Source: Parasitella parasitica NRRL 2501
Taxonomy: Eukaryota; Fungi; Mucoromycota
Direction of reading: 5' to 3'
DNA: 64,000 bases
Assembly (NCBI GenBank): GCA_025201805.1
Contig: MU619280.1
Location: forward strand, 34,927-98,926
The position numbers were made by a program, and so were the translations under genes. The notes beneath the pieces are model-generated. The model worked only from the letters and a program-made list of their open reading frames with translations. It did not search any database and was not told the DNA's origin. Positions 11,335-25,877 of this stretch are shown in pieces. Each line of letters starts with the position of its first letter. Positions within the stretch are counted from its first letter, which is position 1.

Positions 11335-14300
11335 ATGGCAGCTAATGAAATTATTGTGCCAACATGCCAAGGCTGCTGTAAATTGATTGAGGAAGGTGCA
11401 GTAGTAGCATTTGGCGATTCATTGTTCCATGTCAAATGGTAAATAGCAGCTTTTATGACTTGAATATGTGTATGTATGCATAATAACGCTTCTGTTCCAT
11501 AGCTTTATTTGTGCCAAATGCGGTGAATGTGTTGATGACAAGATTAATCTATTGATACTTGATGATGGTAGACCGGTATGCGATGATTGCTCCTATACAT
11601 GTGTTGCATGTAATCAGATTATTCGGGATGAAGCTATAATGACTGGTTAGTTTAATAAAATTCCACCATAAAGACGATAGTAAATAACTGACACAATTTG
11701 TAACCAACCAGGCGAAAAAGCCTATCATTCCAACTGCTTTAAATGCATTTCTTGCGACAAGACAATCGAGGATTTAATATTCACTCAAACAGCCAAGGTC
11801 CGCATTTATTGCAGTAGGTTTCATATTATATGGAACCTCCAAAATCAAATATCTCGGCATATTCACGTCTTATTTTTTATTTCATCATTTTTATTTTTAC
11901 ATAAATTGATTAGGGCATCTATTGCACTATCTGCAACAAAACAAGAAAAGCTGATAGGCAAAGCAAAAAATTCAAGGTATTATAGCATTAGACCTTGATA
12001 TACAACAGGCGTTAATGCATAAACCAGCCATTAGAGGCATCCCAGTCATCAAAAGAGCATCTCTGCCAAGATCAAACACCACCGCAACCGTCTTGCCAAC
12101 AAAATCAAGCCCGATCCATTACCAATTCACCAAAACTACCTACGCCTGATCGTTCTCGAAGCAATTCTCCTGTGCAAAAGATAAACATGGAGGTCAATTC
12201 CGTTTTACCAGAAAACTTCACATTTTCCTTCTTTGAAAACGACTCTAATGAATTAAACAATCTGTCAGACACACTTGGTACCAATCTGTCCTTGAATGAT
12301 GATAAATCCACGCCCCAATACCGAGTCAAAAGAGCGTCAGAGATATTGCAATCATCCCTTCGCACGTCCTCTCTGACAAAAACGAGTTTTGAGCCAGCCG
12401 CATCTGCTCAAAATGACGAGCTGCTGGAAACTCGGTCCAGACTGAAAGAACTCGAAACAAATTACAAGGTGTTGCAGGCATGTGTAATTAATTAAACCGA
12501 AAACTCGGGTTTTGGAAGTTAACTGTGTAAAATTAGGACGCCAGCCAACAGGCATTGAATGAAATTACCCAGTTGAAAGACGATCTGGAACATGAGTCAG
12601 CTATAAAAAAGCAGCAAGAATTGACCATTATATCATTAATGAGCAAATCGAATCCTCTGTTATCCAGAAAGGAGGTCGATAAGCTTGCTTATTTGAGAGT
12701 CGAGCTTGAGCGTACATGTAAAGAGTTGATCCATTACCGCGACAAGATTGCAACTGCACTTGATGAGCAAGTCTCCAACAGGTAAACCCAATGAACCCTT
12801 GTATCTCTCTGCTTGCGCTAATTTGTCTTTATTACTATAGCACGGTTTACCCTAACTACCAAAAATCATTAAAAGTGCACATCAAATCCTTGATCCAGGA
12901 GAGAAATTTACTGAGTTCTCAAACCAAAGATCTCGCAACATCTCGGGATGAGATCATACATGAGATGGTCTTGCTCAACACAAAAAACGCTGAATTGGCA
13001 ACAATGAACAATGATTTGTTCAGAAGAGTAACCGCTAAGGAAGAAGCTGCTTCGACAACGCCCGCAGCCATGTCTTTATCGAATTCGCCTCCACTCTCAC
13101 CGTCTCAGTCATCAGATGCGTTGACTAGCGTACTGTCTGCTTCAACACAACGCCCACGTAAGCCGTCAAACGCCAGTTTGGTCATGTTCAATGTGCCCTC
13201 TAAAAAGAGCTTCACTCCTGATCAGACGCCTACTTTCTTCCGCCTCAAGAAAAAAGGAAGCACCATGCTTGGTAAACTCGGTGCAGCATCCACGACCTCC
13301 AAACCAAGCAAATTAGATATACCGCCGCATGGGCCGTTGTCCTCTTCTTCTTCGTCCATATTCAGAGCAACATCGAAATCTATTTACAATAGTCCAAGCT
13401 ACAGTGGCAGTTTACACAGCCTAAGCTATCAAGATAGCAGCGTGTTGGGCAAATCAAGCAAGAAATCAAGCAACTCCTTATCTCATGCTGGTCATGAAAG
13501 TCATTGTTTCCAGGCTGCATCTTTCCTGCGACCTGTGAAGTGCGGTTCATGTGGAGATAAAATTTGGAGCCGCAGTGAATACCGCTGTGATGGTTGTGGG
13601 TTTTCTGCTCATTCTCGTTGCCTCAGCAAAGTGCCTCAACAATGCTCTGCTGTAAACACAAGCAGCAGTCTAGACTTGAGCTACTCTTCTTTGTCTGAAA
13701 ATGCCTTTTCACCAAAGGCATCCTGCAGCGATATTGAAAGCAAGCAGCTCAAAAAATCGGCTACAGGTACGCTTTTAATCTTGTATACTCAGATATCGAA
13801 TTACTCAATGCAGCAAACTCTGTGATTGTAGAAAGCAGCACATTTGATTCATGTTTATCAAAGCGTGTAAAGGCTGAAAATCGTACGATACCTCTTATTG
13901 TTGAAGAGTGCATCAAAGAGGTAGAAAAACGTGGTTTGGATTACGAAGGCATTTATCGTAAATCAGGCGGTGCTGCTCAAATCCGGGCTATTCAATTAGC
14001 GTTTGACAATGGCGAAGACATTAATCTCAGTGATGAAGACGAGTACAATGATGTATGTGCCATCACAAGCGTGCTCAAACAATATTTCAGGGAGCTTTCA
14101 AACCCTTTATTGACTTTTGAACTATATGATCAATTCATTCAAGCATCTGGTAACGCTATTGTTGCAGCAGTACAAGTGATTTTAGCTAACAAATGACATT
14201 CATGTAGCGATGGATCACAATGACGAGAAGATTAAAGCATTCTCCAGCGTACTGCAGCAGCTTCCAAAGGCTCACCTCGATACGCTTGAAACACTGTTCA

Positions 14301-14503
14301 GGCATTTGGTCAAAGTTTATAAACAATCAAATGTAAACAGAATGTCAGTGAGAAATCTTGCCGTAGTATTTGCTCCTACACTCATGCGACATAGCGATAC
14401 GTCAAGAGATTTCCTTGACATCAGCTACAAAAATGCCACCATTGAATACCTTCTTTTGCATGAAACTGAATTGTTCTCAGCGCCATTATGCTCTGCATCT
14501 TGA
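11335..14503 (+). CDS. Rho GTPase-activating protein with N-terminal LIM domains, coiled coil, C1 domain and RhoGAP domain (Rga1/2-like)
   Basis: CQGC..H..CF.CAKC LIM repeats; HCFQ....PVKCGSCGDKIW...CDGC...HSRC C1 domain; GLDYEGIYRKSGG, LKQYFREL, NRMSVRNLAVVFAPTL RhoGAP motifs. Confidence 0.92.
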
Positions 14504-14731
14504 ATAATTTTCAAACCTTGTACTTTTTTTTTATTTTTTTATGTAAATATAGATCAGTCATCATTGCCCCTTCTTTGTGTATAGTTTGTATTTTCTCCCC
14601 CGTTCATTCTCGTGCCTTTTATCAGTTTAGTTTTATATATATAAACTATGAAATTTTTTATTAATCTGCATTCACCATGTATGTAGGACGAACTTGCGGG
14701 CAGATAGTAACAGTTGCGTCTATTTATTAAT

Positions 14732-16177
14732 TTACATGTCTGCAAAGAATGCGGTATTTTTAATGGTCTTCTTCTTTTCAACTTTGTTCTTCTTTTGAGT
14801 CTTTTTTCTCTTTTTCTTCTTTTCTTTTTCATCTTCTGAATCAGTTCCCCAGCCAGCATCATCGTCTTCATCAGCGACTGTGTCTTGTGGAGCTGCCTCT
14901 TTTTCTTCAGTAACTTCATCCAGCTCTTCTTCCTGAGCAGCAGCAGCAGCTTCCTCTTCTTCTTGGAAAAGATGTGCTACATCCCAAAACTGCAATTTAT
15001 CATCATGTCCACTAGATACCAAGTATTTCTTGTCGTGGCTTAACTTTAGGTTTTCGATAGGCATATCCTCGCCATGGTCTCCCAATGCACCATGGAATTC
15101 GTTGGGTAAAATAGAAACCAAGCTGTTGGATGAGTAGTTAGCAATAAAAGCCAACATCCTCTGTCATGAACTTACCGAATAATACCATCACTGCTACCTG
15201 TGCAAATGGTGTCTTCGTCCAATTTGCATATGTCATCGATGGAATTGGGATGGCCTACAATACGATCATTGTAATCTCCCCAATCACCCCACGACCATAA
15301 TGTCAATATACCATCCTGAGTGCCCACCACTGCTTTTTTGCCATCTTTGACGAGTGCAATTGATAACAGCTCGTCTTCCATCTGATCTGACATTGCAGCT
15401 ACATTTGGTTTACGAATATCCCAAGTAGACAAATAGCCATCACCCCCCACAGCGATCAAAGTGCGATGAGCCTTGCTAAATGCCATGTCTGCAATAAAAT
15501 CCTCATGTTCGGTGTATGTCTGCACTGGTTTGTCTTTTCTACTGTCCCAAATCTAATCAAAAATGAATAGCTGTTTGAAAGTTTGGTTTAGTCTGATCTG
15601 GTCTAGTCTACTTGCCTTGATTACACCTTGGTCATCAGCGCTAGCCATCATGTTTTCATCCATGACCAAAAGAGAATTGATGGGCGACCTATGCAAGGAT
15701 ACAGACGTCAAAATGACAAATCCACAGAAAAGCAGGTGGATGACCATACTCATGGGTAACTTCTCTTACTCGAATTGATTTTCCAGTTTCCGTATCTAAA
15801 AGTTGGATTGATCTATCCCGAGAGATGCCATAAATACCTAAAACATATATATATTTATTAAATCAAACACATAATTAATAGAAGCTAAAAAAAAAAAAAA
15901 AGTTACCTGCACCATCAGGTGTAAAGGAGACGCCTCTACATGACTTTTTAAATGCTTTATATGTCCATAGATGCTCATGACCTTCCAATCCATAGCGATG
16001 ACTGAAAATATGTTTGTTGGCACAACCGAACGTATTACATAAAAGCATCACAGTTTACCATTGAATACGGCCATTGATCATACCAGTGGCTACAATATCA
16101 TTGCTAGGGTGAAGATCCAAGTGGAAGATGTTGTCCTCAAATTGTAAGGCGGCTGGTTTATTTTCACTAGGATTCAT
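14732..16177 (-). CDS. JIP5: WD40-repeat protein WDR55/Jip5 (ribosome biogenesis)
   Basis: WD repeats with GDGYLSTWDIRK, MSDQMEDELLS, WGDYNDRIVGHP; acidic then Lys-rich tail ending FFADM. Confidence 0.88.
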
Positions 16178-16694
16178 TTGAGAGAAAGCGAAAAGGATTT
16201 TTTTTTTCATGCAAAAGGCCTCTTTACTGTCCTTGTATTAGCATTCTGTACCTGAGTAAAACCGGTCTCTTTACCATTCAGTTTGCTGTTGACAGGAGGC
16301 TTTTCACAAAGCATTCAATGAGCGGCAAATCAACTGAAGCTCCTTTTACAATTTTGTTACCATAGCAATTAGGCAACGAGGTCTCCTTAATTGACAGTAG
16401 GGTAGGTTAATATTTGAATGTGATTGCATGATACACAACATATCCGGATGTATCTGAGTAGCTAAGGACACCAACAGCCTTACTCACCCTTACATATGTA
16501 CGTTTTAAAGCAGAAAACGATGGATAAAGCGCTCACATATCTGGGTGTATTCTTATAAAAAGGCTTTATTTCTTTTGATCTGTTTGAGGAAAATACAGTA
16601 CAATAGATCTAGCTGTAGAATGGGACAAGTACATGTAGATGCCTTGAAATCAGTGACGACATCTCATAACTACAACTCAGCCGCAGTTTTCATA

Positions 16695-18149
16695 ATGCTG
16701 TTGAGAAAGGAATACGCTCCTTTACTTACCTTTTACAATTACAATAACAAGAAACGAAAATCATCCCCTCCTCCAACTAAGCAAGACATGACAAACTCGC
16801 CCACCTCGCCCACCTCGCTCACCTCGCCTACAACACCACAAAACGCAGACACTGCTATGGACATTGATCAGTCAAGCCAAGATTTCAAGTCCTCAGTCGA
16901 GGAAAGAAAGCAATCTGTCCATTCGTTTCGTGTTTTAGATTCTCAGACAGACACAGACTCTGATAAAGACCTGATTATCCATTCTTTACACGAGTCGCTT
17001 CATATACACAAAGAGATCTTGGAGCGTATCCAAACTGAAAAAGAAAGGTACCAGGCTCAAGTCGAACAGGAACGGGAAGAGGAAAGGAAGTCCTTGGAGG
17101 ATTGGAGACAAGTCTCCCAGCAAGTGTTGGAAGAGCAGCACGACCGATGCCAAGAGCTAGAGCAAAGCATTTCACTGCTCAAACAGGAATTAGAAAGCAA
17201 AAAGGAGGCCTACCAAAAACTGGAAGTCAATTTTTACTCGTATGTCAAGCAGATTAGAGTTACAGATGATGATCTATCCACAATCCAGCCTGAGATATCG
17301 CATTTATTGAGTCAACTGAACAATACATGCATGGGGCTGAAATCCAAAATGGACAAGCAAGGTGGAACTGATTTCGTATTTGAATACTGGTCAGAGAAAG
17401 CTGAGCTGATCAAGGAATATATGATGCCCAGTGGTGATATACTCGACCCATCGTACATCACACTGTTTGTGGAAAAATATCTGATCAACACTCTATTGAT
17501 CCACCTGTTGGATGTGCCTATTCATTTGGGCGTGTCCATCAATGACGCCTTTCAAGAATTAGACGACTGGATGGCTAGTCGTAATAAGGAATGGTCTAAT
17601 CGAGTAAGGCAGCAAGTATGTGCGCTGGTGATCCAGCAGCCTGCTGATGAAGAAAAGCAAATAGAGGAAGCCAAGGACCAGTTATTGCAGAAAATAGCCT
17701 CTGTTCTAGGTCCAGTTTATCCTGTATTGAAGCAAGATCCCGAAACGCCCGAAAGAAAACAGGTTGTCAAGAAGATTGAAAACTTGATTGAAAGAGCTTC
17801 CAAATTGAACCTGGCTGTCAAAGGCCAAGAGATTAAAATCGAGCGTTTACCGATTGAGGAAGGTATTACACATTTCGATGCACGAACAATGAAAGCAACC
17901 GCCAAAGGAAAGCCTACTGGCATTGTCTTCTTGGCCATCACCCCTACTTTTGTCGCAAGAGATGAGTTGGACAACGAGCATGGTTTTACCGTTCCTGGGA
18001 AAGTGTTTTGCGTTGAGCCAAAACAGGATGCATCAGACATTTTGGAAGCTGATGACAGTGGTCAGGATCTAAACGACCAAGAATCTTCTAGCAAACAAGA
18101 GCTTGATACAGCCTCTACAAGCGACAATGGAGAATCAGAGACTTCTTGA
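16695..18149 (+). CDS. Hypothetical coiled-coil protein (intronless)
   Basis: Long uninterrupted ORF; E/Q-rich coiled coil, IRVTDDDLSTI segment, C-terminal PTF..GKVFC. Start codon uncertain (16695 or 16788). Confidence 0.75.
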   Translation: MLLRKEYAPLLTFYNYNNKKRKSSPPPTKQDMTNSPTSPTSLTSPTTPQNADTAMDIDQSSQDFKSSVEERKQSVHSFRVLDSQTDTDSDKDLIIHSLHESLHIHKEILERIQTEKERYQAQVEQEREEERKSLEDWRQVSQQVLEEQHDRCQELEQSISLLKQELESKKEAYQKLEVNFYSYVKQIRVTDDDLSTIQPEISHLLSQLNNTCMGLKSKMDKQGGTDFVFEYWSEKAELIKEYMMPSGDILDPSYITLFVEKYLINTLLIHLLDVPIHLGVSINDAFQELDDWMASRNKEWSNRVRQQVCALVIQQPADEEKQIEEAKDQLLQKIASVLGPVYPVLKQDPETPERKQVVKKIENLIERASKLNLAVKGQEIKIERLPIEEGITHFDARTMKATAKGKPTGIVFLAITPTFVARDELDNEHGFTVPGKVFCVEPKQDASDILEADDSGQDLNDQESSSKQELDTASTSDNGESETS

Positions 18150-18220
18150 CATGTTTTATACCTTGCATCATTGAATAAAGATCACACATTTGAAAGCGAT
18201 TTCAAAGGAAAACAAGTCAC

Positions 18221-18223
<3 letters not shown>

Positions 18224-18258
<35 letters not shown>
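18224..18258. repeat. Poly(T) tract (~35 nt) upstream of importin-5
   Basis: Direct sequence. Confidence 0.9.
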
Positions 18259-18259
<1 letters not shown>

Positions 18260-18323
18260 GTTCAGGATCGAATCCCTTCTTTTTTTTTTGTCATATCTTT
18301 CTAAATCCCCAAGCAGGCAAATA

Positions 18324-21300
18324 ATGGCACAACCTCTTGTTTCAGCTGAAGTTCTTCAGCAGCTAGCCCCTGTCCTTACCAATCTTTTATCTCCTGACAA
18401 CAACCAAAGGTTAGATCCATCCATATTACATGTGCCGAGCTAATCATCACTTTGAAATGTAGAGCCTCTGCCGAATCACAGCTAAACGACAATTGGGTTG
18501 CTCAACAGCCTGATCTCTTGCTTCTCAGTCTTGCTGAATTCGTCGCTCGCAACGATGAGACTCAAGTAAGACGACCCTTTTGTATGCTGTCAAATGTTTG
18601 TAGCTTACCAGCTCTTGTCTTAGTTTCGCTCTCATTGTAGCGTTCTTTTACGTCGTTTAGCTTACAAGCAACTAACTTCCAATACTACAAGCGATACCTG
18701 TCTCTGGGAGATGATCCAAGAATCCACTCGCTTTGGCGTCAAGGAGTTGCTGTTGGTCGCCCTGGCGAATGAGACTGATCAAGGTACTCGGCACAAGGTG
18801 TCTGATACCATTGCTGAGATTGCAAAGTCTGGTTTGAATGAAGGAAGTAAGTATATTACGGTAAAAATGAGGGTAGTTGGCTGGAGGACTTTTTTCATTT
18901 ACTGATCAAATACAACATAGACAAATGGGATAGTTTGTTAAAGGCCTTGTTTGATTGCTCTCAATCTCCCAGTGCCGCCCACAAAGAGTCGGCTTTCCGT
19001 ATTTTTGCTTCCGTTCCCGAATTGATTGCTGGCCAGCACACTGAAGCTCTCAAGGGTGTATTCATGGCTAGTTTAACTGACGCAGATAGTCTAGTTGTAA
19101 GTTTCTGTGTTGCTGTATGAGGTTCAAACATGTGGTTCTAAAGTTGAAATATTAGGTCCGTAAGGAAGCCGTGAAAGCTGCTGCTGCATACATCCTTCAA
19201 GCCGACGAAGCAACTCAAAAGAGCCTAGGTACTTTGTTGCCTCATATGCTCGATGTAAATATGCATAAACGACACACTCTCCAGTTGTATTCATTGTTCA
19301 CTCATTTAGACTTTATCGCCTCTCATTGCTTCTCATCAAGACGAATCCCTTGTGGAGGTTCTTGTTGTCTTGATCGAATTGGGCGAATACTGCCCCAAGC
19401 TTTATCGTTCAGTGTTCCCCAACGTCCTCGCTGCAATGGTTGGCGTTGCCAAGGACAAGTCATTTGAAGATCCTACTCGTCAAACTGCTTTGGAATTGCT
19501 ATTAACGTTGTCGGAATCTTCGCCTTCTATGGCTCGCAAGTCTCCCAACTTTGCTTCTGAAATTATCCCTGTTGCTTTGGAGATGATTACTGATATGGAA
19601 GACGATGAATCATGGTATACCACTGACGAAGTAAGCGCTTTTTTTTTTTTTTTGTACCTGGCTCGTGGTAATCACGGGGATTGCTAATGCTGCTGATATA
19701 TTAGTTGGAAGAAGATGACAATGAGGAAAATTATGTTATGGGCGAAAGTACATTGGATAGAATTGCCCGTACTCTTGGCGGTCAGATTGTTGTCCCTATT
19801 ACCTTCCAATATGTTCCCCAAATGCTTCAATCTGGAGAATGGCAACAACGCCGTGCTGCTCTCATGGCTATCTCATCTATCGGCGAAGGGTCTGTTAAGG
19901 TGATGAAGCCGGAACTTTCCAACATCATCACAATGATTTTACCCTCATTCCGAGATGCTCATCCCCGTGTCCGTTATGCTGCCTGTAATACTATCGGCCA
20001 AATGTCTACCGATTTCTCGCCTTATATCCAGAAACACTTCCATGAGCTTATCATTAATGCCCTCCTGCCCAACATGGAAGATGCGCAATCTCGTATTCAA
20101 GCCCATGCTGCTGCCGCCATGGTCAACTTTTGTGAGGAAGCCGACAAGGAGGTTCTGGAACCCTACCTTGATTCCATTTTTGAGCATCTTTTGATCCTTC
20201 TGAAAACCAACAAGATTTATGTCCAAGAGCAAGCAATTACCACCATTGCTACTGTTGCTGATTGCGCCGAAGATCGCTTCAACAAGTATCACAGTGTCAT
20301 TATGCCTCTTTTGCTCGATATTCTTCATCAGGCCAGCGATAAACAATACCGTCTTTTGCGTTCTAGAGCCATTGAATGCGCTTCCCTCATCGGTCTTGCC
20401 ATTGGGAAGGAAGCGTTTGCGCCTTATACTGCCAATTTCATCAGCATTCTTGCTGAAATTCAACAGTCTGTCACTGAAGACGACGATATTCAAACCACCT
20501 ATCTTTTGGCAGCCTGGGCTCGTATGTGTAAGATGATGGGCCAAGATTTCTTACCGTACCTTCCCAATATTATGCCTCCTCTTTTAAAATCTGCCAAGCT
20601 TACCCCTGAATTCACTTTGGTTGATCCCGAAGATGAAGATGTCGAATCCAAGTATCCTACTGACGATGGTTGGGAGTTTGTTGGTATCAATGGCCAGCAA
20701 ATTGGTATCAAAACTTCGGTTTTAGAGGAAAAACACACTGCTGTTGAGATGCTCGTTTCTTATGCTCGTGATTTAGGAGCTGGTTTCTTACCTTATGTTG
20801 CTCAAGTCCTTGAGATTGCATTGCCCATGCTCAAATTCTACTTTCATGATGGTGTTAGACATGTTGCCGCTATCCTTATTCCTGTGCTTCTCAAGGATGC
20901 CAAGGAAGCTAACGTTGCTCCTGTTGAACTCGCTAACATGTGGAATACTATTTTCGAGAAGCTCGTCAAAATCATCACTATTGAAGATGACATATCATTC
21001 TTGGCCCAATCTTTCACCACTTTCTCTGAATGTCTCGATGTCATTGGCAGCAACTGTCTTCAGCCGGAGCAAATTGAAAGCTTTGTCAAGGCAACCCAGG
21101 AACAGCTTGTTAAACTGCTCGAACATTTGACTGAACGTGAGCAAAAGAAACAATCTAAAAACTACGATCCTGAAGATGAAGAGAAATGGGCTGATGAAGA
21201 AGCAAACGAAGAAGATACTCTAAGTGAAATAGCTCGCTCTATACAAGCTTTGTTCAAGGCTCTTCGTCTTGGGTTCTTACCATTCTTTGAAAAGATGTTG

Positions 21301-21996
21301 CCGTTAATTGTGCAATTCTTGTCGCATCCTAGCGACGCTGCTCGTCAATGGGCTATCTGTGTGTTTGATGATCTCGTTGAATACACTGGTCCTGCCTCCT
21401 TCAACTACTCCAACTACTTTTTGCAGTCCATGATTGCCGGTGTTTCTGATAAAGCTTCAGAAGTCCGTCAAGCTTCTGCTTATGGTGTTGGTATGATGGG
21501 CCAATTTGGCGGTCCTCAGTATGCCGAGGCATGCAATGCTGCTTTGCAGCCTTTGTTTGCATTAGTCGGCGCTCCCGATGCCCGTGAAGACGGAACTGTC
21601 TATGTCACAGAGAATGCCATCTCTGCTATTGCTAAAATTTGTCAGTTCAACAGCTCCAGTATTCCTCAATTAGATGCTGTCTTGGCTGCATGGCTTGATA
21701 CCTTACCCATCTTGAACGATGATCAAGAGGCGCCTATCGTCTACACCTATTTACTTGATCTTTTGGGATCTAATCACCCTAGCATTTTGGGCTCCAACAA
21801 TTCTAATATCCCTAAACTTGTCAAGATCTTTGCTGAAGTTTTGGCCTCTGACATCTTGGCTCCCGAGCTGGCTGCCCGTATGGTAAACTCTTTGAAGATT
21901 GCCTTGGGTAGCATTGATGAAAATACTCGTAATCAATTATGGAACTCTATCTCTGTCGAGACAAGAAACATTCTTAAAAAGAAGGACTATGTATAA
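18324..21996 (+). CDS. PSE1: Importin-5 / karyopherin beta Kap121 (HEAT repeats), multi-exon
   Basis: LLSPDNNQR N-terminus, HPRVRYAACNTIGQMSTDF, IECASLIGLAIGKE, GIKTSVLEEK, LKFYFHDGVR, ENAISAIAKI. Confidence 0.95.
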
Positions 21997-24436
21997 TCTT
22001 CTCTTTTGCATCTCTTTCCAATTCTTATCTTATACAGCTACCCCTTTCTTTCTTGTTCTTTTCTCTGCTCTAATAGCTTTTTCTTTTTTGCAACAAGCAC
22101 ACATAAATACGCTCGATGTCTTCCTCTATTTTTCTCACCTCCCTTTTAATTGTAGAAATCATTTTTATTCATAATAAACCATAATGTAAACCTGACGATC
22201 GTAGTCAAGGAGATCCACCGTCACCGACTTAACTAACCAACAAACCTGATGTTTTGAAATTCTTTTTTTCTCACAACCATTGTGCAATGATTACGCTAGG
22301 ATTTACTGTATTCTATAATAAAGTTACCTAGAGAGCCTAGCATGCTTTGAGCAGCAATCTTTTGTTGGTCCTATTAGTGGTTGCATAACCGTGTAATCTG
22401 TGTTTTGCTTTATCTATAACCTTGGAACTAATAAATGAAATGCGCCAATCTCATACTAGGCTATCTACTTTATTGTATCCGTGATAGTTCTTTACACTTG
22501 AAATGAGCATTCTGGTTGTTGATTAAAAATACTTGGGTCAAAAGAGAAAATGATTTTTTATGGGTTCCTGAACGTATAAAGCAATCGTTACCTTTTACCA
22601 GGCTGCTTTTTTTAACAGCTCACCAAGTCGATGTTAAACTATGAAATATCTTTCGGCGTCAAAAAGTAGATTTTAACAAAGAATAACGGAATTCCTATTT
22701 GATATACCAACATTGCAAATCAATAATACAGTATTTCTTTAATCAGGCATACATGTTAAAATCAGTATATAATTTAGAATTTAGATTTTATAAGTTTCTT
22801 GTCTACGTAAAAGCAAGTATTTCTTTTGTTGAAAAAGAAAAAATCCGAATCAAGATGGTTTCTTGTCAAAACAACCCCTCAAGCTAACAATCACCACAAA
22901 CTATACGGGATTCACATGAAAGTATTGTTGAAAGGTTACTACTTTAATTGACACAAAAAGTCATTGTTATTCAATTTATTACGATTAAAATGAATAGTAT
23001 AATGGCATCTAAACTGTTAGTTTATCAGAATGAAGTTTTGAGCCATGTATTACACAAATAGCTGTATTTGCTATTATATAGAATCCGAATAGTCGCTCCA
23101 TCATAGGGTGAAACCAAATAAAAAGCATTAGCGGTTGAGCAAAGGCTTCAACTGCAAATCATTAAAATAATAATTAGCAGGCAGGCCTATGTATGAATGG
23201 CTCCTTACTTGACAGAAAGGTCTAAAGTACATAGCAATTTTAACTAAAGGGATGTTTTATACATCACACACTCCTTCTGCTGCGTATAAACAAGATACTG
23301 AATAAATTTGAATGTCTGGACATAAATGGCACAGCTACATAACAACACGTGAAATAGAGGCCTGTAGTTCAATTAATTCAATAAACATTTAGACTTGCTT
23401 CTACCTTGCCCTATTCTGAGGGATTATTTAAGCGATTTCCAAGCAAAAGTCATATAACTTTGTTTAAATTGTGATGAGCAATATAGACAATATGGCTATT
23501 CGGATCAACCCCGTTCCAAAACAAACACATACATTATTAATCATTATACAATCGAGCAATGACAGTAATAATTTCCCAACAATGGTAAAAAAAAAAAAAA
23601 AAAGTAAAAATGGCTGCCACGCTGCAGGCTTGGTTATATAAATAAATGAGCACTATATTTATTCTTGCAGATTCATGTAAATCATCCCTTACTATCCTTT
23701 TTTTTTTTTTTTTCTTCTTCTTTTTCTTTGTCTTGTTGATATTTCTCCCGTCTTTTTCAACACATAGTGCTTTATTATCAGGAGCTTCGAGATAAATACA
23801 TTAATACCTGAAGAAAAGACTCAAGTTAGTTGGTTCTTTGTAATTTAAGTAACAGGTGGGATCACGAAACGGTTTTGGATCATTATAGTGATAAATATAC
23901 AAGTTCGGGTTACCGTGATACCAAGATGTTTGATTGGTACTTACAAGAACTTAAAACACAAGTTTTATTAATTTCGGTCATTGGCAAATCTTCAAGTCAA
24001 CAATGATGCCAGTAATCACAATGGCTGCTAAAGAGTCTCGAATTCAGTCATACAATTACGGAAATGCCTATAATCTGGATAAGAGTATCAGATTACATGT
24101 ATGAGTAAAGCAGGCTTGCAAGGAAAAAGAAATCAACTGGCTAGCCTTTCTCATAATATGTAGATGCTTGTAGACAACCACATATCTCTTCGATATGCTA
24201 CGCATCTATTAATGAAAGCAAATAGAACAAAGATATTCAAAGAACCCCTCATCGATCAGGCTCTAAAGTACTTTTAAGATGATATACAAATAAACAGTGA
24301 AATCAGGTCAAGATCACAGTATAGTAACCCCTTTGTGGATCCTGAAAAAAAAAAACACTTTTGTACGACATTTCATATTTAAAAAGACATATTTCCTGAT
24401 CCCCAATATTCTTTTTCCCTTCTTTGCTTGCTTTCA

Positions 24437-25724
24437 ATGATGTTGCATCCCAAACGTCTATCTAAACTATTTCTCGCTGACAATTTACAGGATCTTGGAG
24501 CCGCACAATCACCAGCACAAGTAGCCGTATCAGCACCCGAGAAACAAACCATCGGATTCATTTCCTTGCGATTAACACCACCTGAAAAAATTAGAAAATG
24601 GCAAGATGTCCGAGACCTTGCGCTAAACCATGAGTTTCTTCGCCTTGTAATGATTGCTGCATGGCTTGTCTTTTGCGGTTTCATAGAAACTTTTATGGCT
24701 CAATTAAGCGACATGCGCTATCATGCTGGACCTGCTATTAGTAAGGTATAAATACATACATAGAAAAGAGAGAGAGAGAGAAAAGAAAAACGATTTTAAT
24801 CGCAGTATACTAAATATACAGTTGTAAAATAGCACCCCTTGCGTGATCTTTTACACGATGCATTTCCTGCTGTGGCAGACACACAAATAGTGAATTACTT
24901 GCTAACAGCCACCATGGTTTATACTATTGCAGGCTTCGCTATTCAGTCGCCAGACTGGACAACTCGTTTTATAATTTTGAGAAGATGGGGCTTCATTATG
25001 GGTTTTATCTATATCTTCAGAGGCATTACCTTACTAGTTACTACATTACCTTCCTCTCTTATTGACGAATGCCGACCACCAGATATTGAGTTGACCGGGA
25101 CAGTTGCTGAACGCTTTGGTTTTCTCTTGAGTGTCGTAGGAGGTACAGCTTTGACATGCACAGACAACATTTTCTCTGGACACACTTCGATGATGATGAG
25201 TTGCTGCATGATTTGGCGAGTTCACTCAAGACTTCGCAGACCTTTCGGCTGGGTACTGTACTCTGTGGCTACAGCTGGCATTTTAATGATTTTGTTCACA
25301 AGATTCCATTATTCCGTTGATGTTGTACTTGCTATCTGTAAAGTATACGTGTGTACATTTAATGAGTGACAGTTACACTAACTCGTTTTCTCTAGACATT
25401 ACATACACAGCATGGGACATTTATTTACAGTACATCCAGGAAGCATCAATGCGGTACATGTTTGGTTTCACAAATCACTCGACATTTGATTTATTCAATA
25501 CCCATATCCACTCAGCAGATGCTGCTCGCGTTTACGAATATCTCAACTGGCAGCCTCACCCATTAGGTAAAAAATGGATGATGTGGTTTTTCATGTACGT
25601 GGATGGCCTTGATATTCGCCTTCGAGCATTGCGCATTTTCGATGAAAATGGTATTTGGCAACAAAAAAACAAACCTGCAAGTATGACAGAAAAAAATCAT
25701 TCCTCCCTGCAACCTATTGTTTAA
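24437..25724 (+). CDS. Sphingomyelin-synthase-family (PAP2-like) membrane phosphotransferase, 3 exons
   Basis: PLRDLLHD (D1), RR......Y.FR.IT..VT.LP (D2), CTDNIFSGHT (D3), HYSVDVVLA (D4); several TM helices. Confidence 0.87.
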
Positions 25725-25877
25725 AACTTTCTATAGTGTCTTGGACGTCTTCCTGTCACTCTGTTTTTGCATATCTCTTTTACATATACATCTATTTTTT
25801 AATTACTTTTTTACTTTTAATCTTTTTAATTTTCAAATCCTCTTTCATGTAGTAGTAATTTTACATTTAATCTTTCT

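Noticed and set aside
8885-15705. U12 minor-intron RTATCCTT motifs (minus strand ~8893 and ~15695)
   Set aside because: They fall near the 3' ends of ordinary GT-AG introns, not at donor positions
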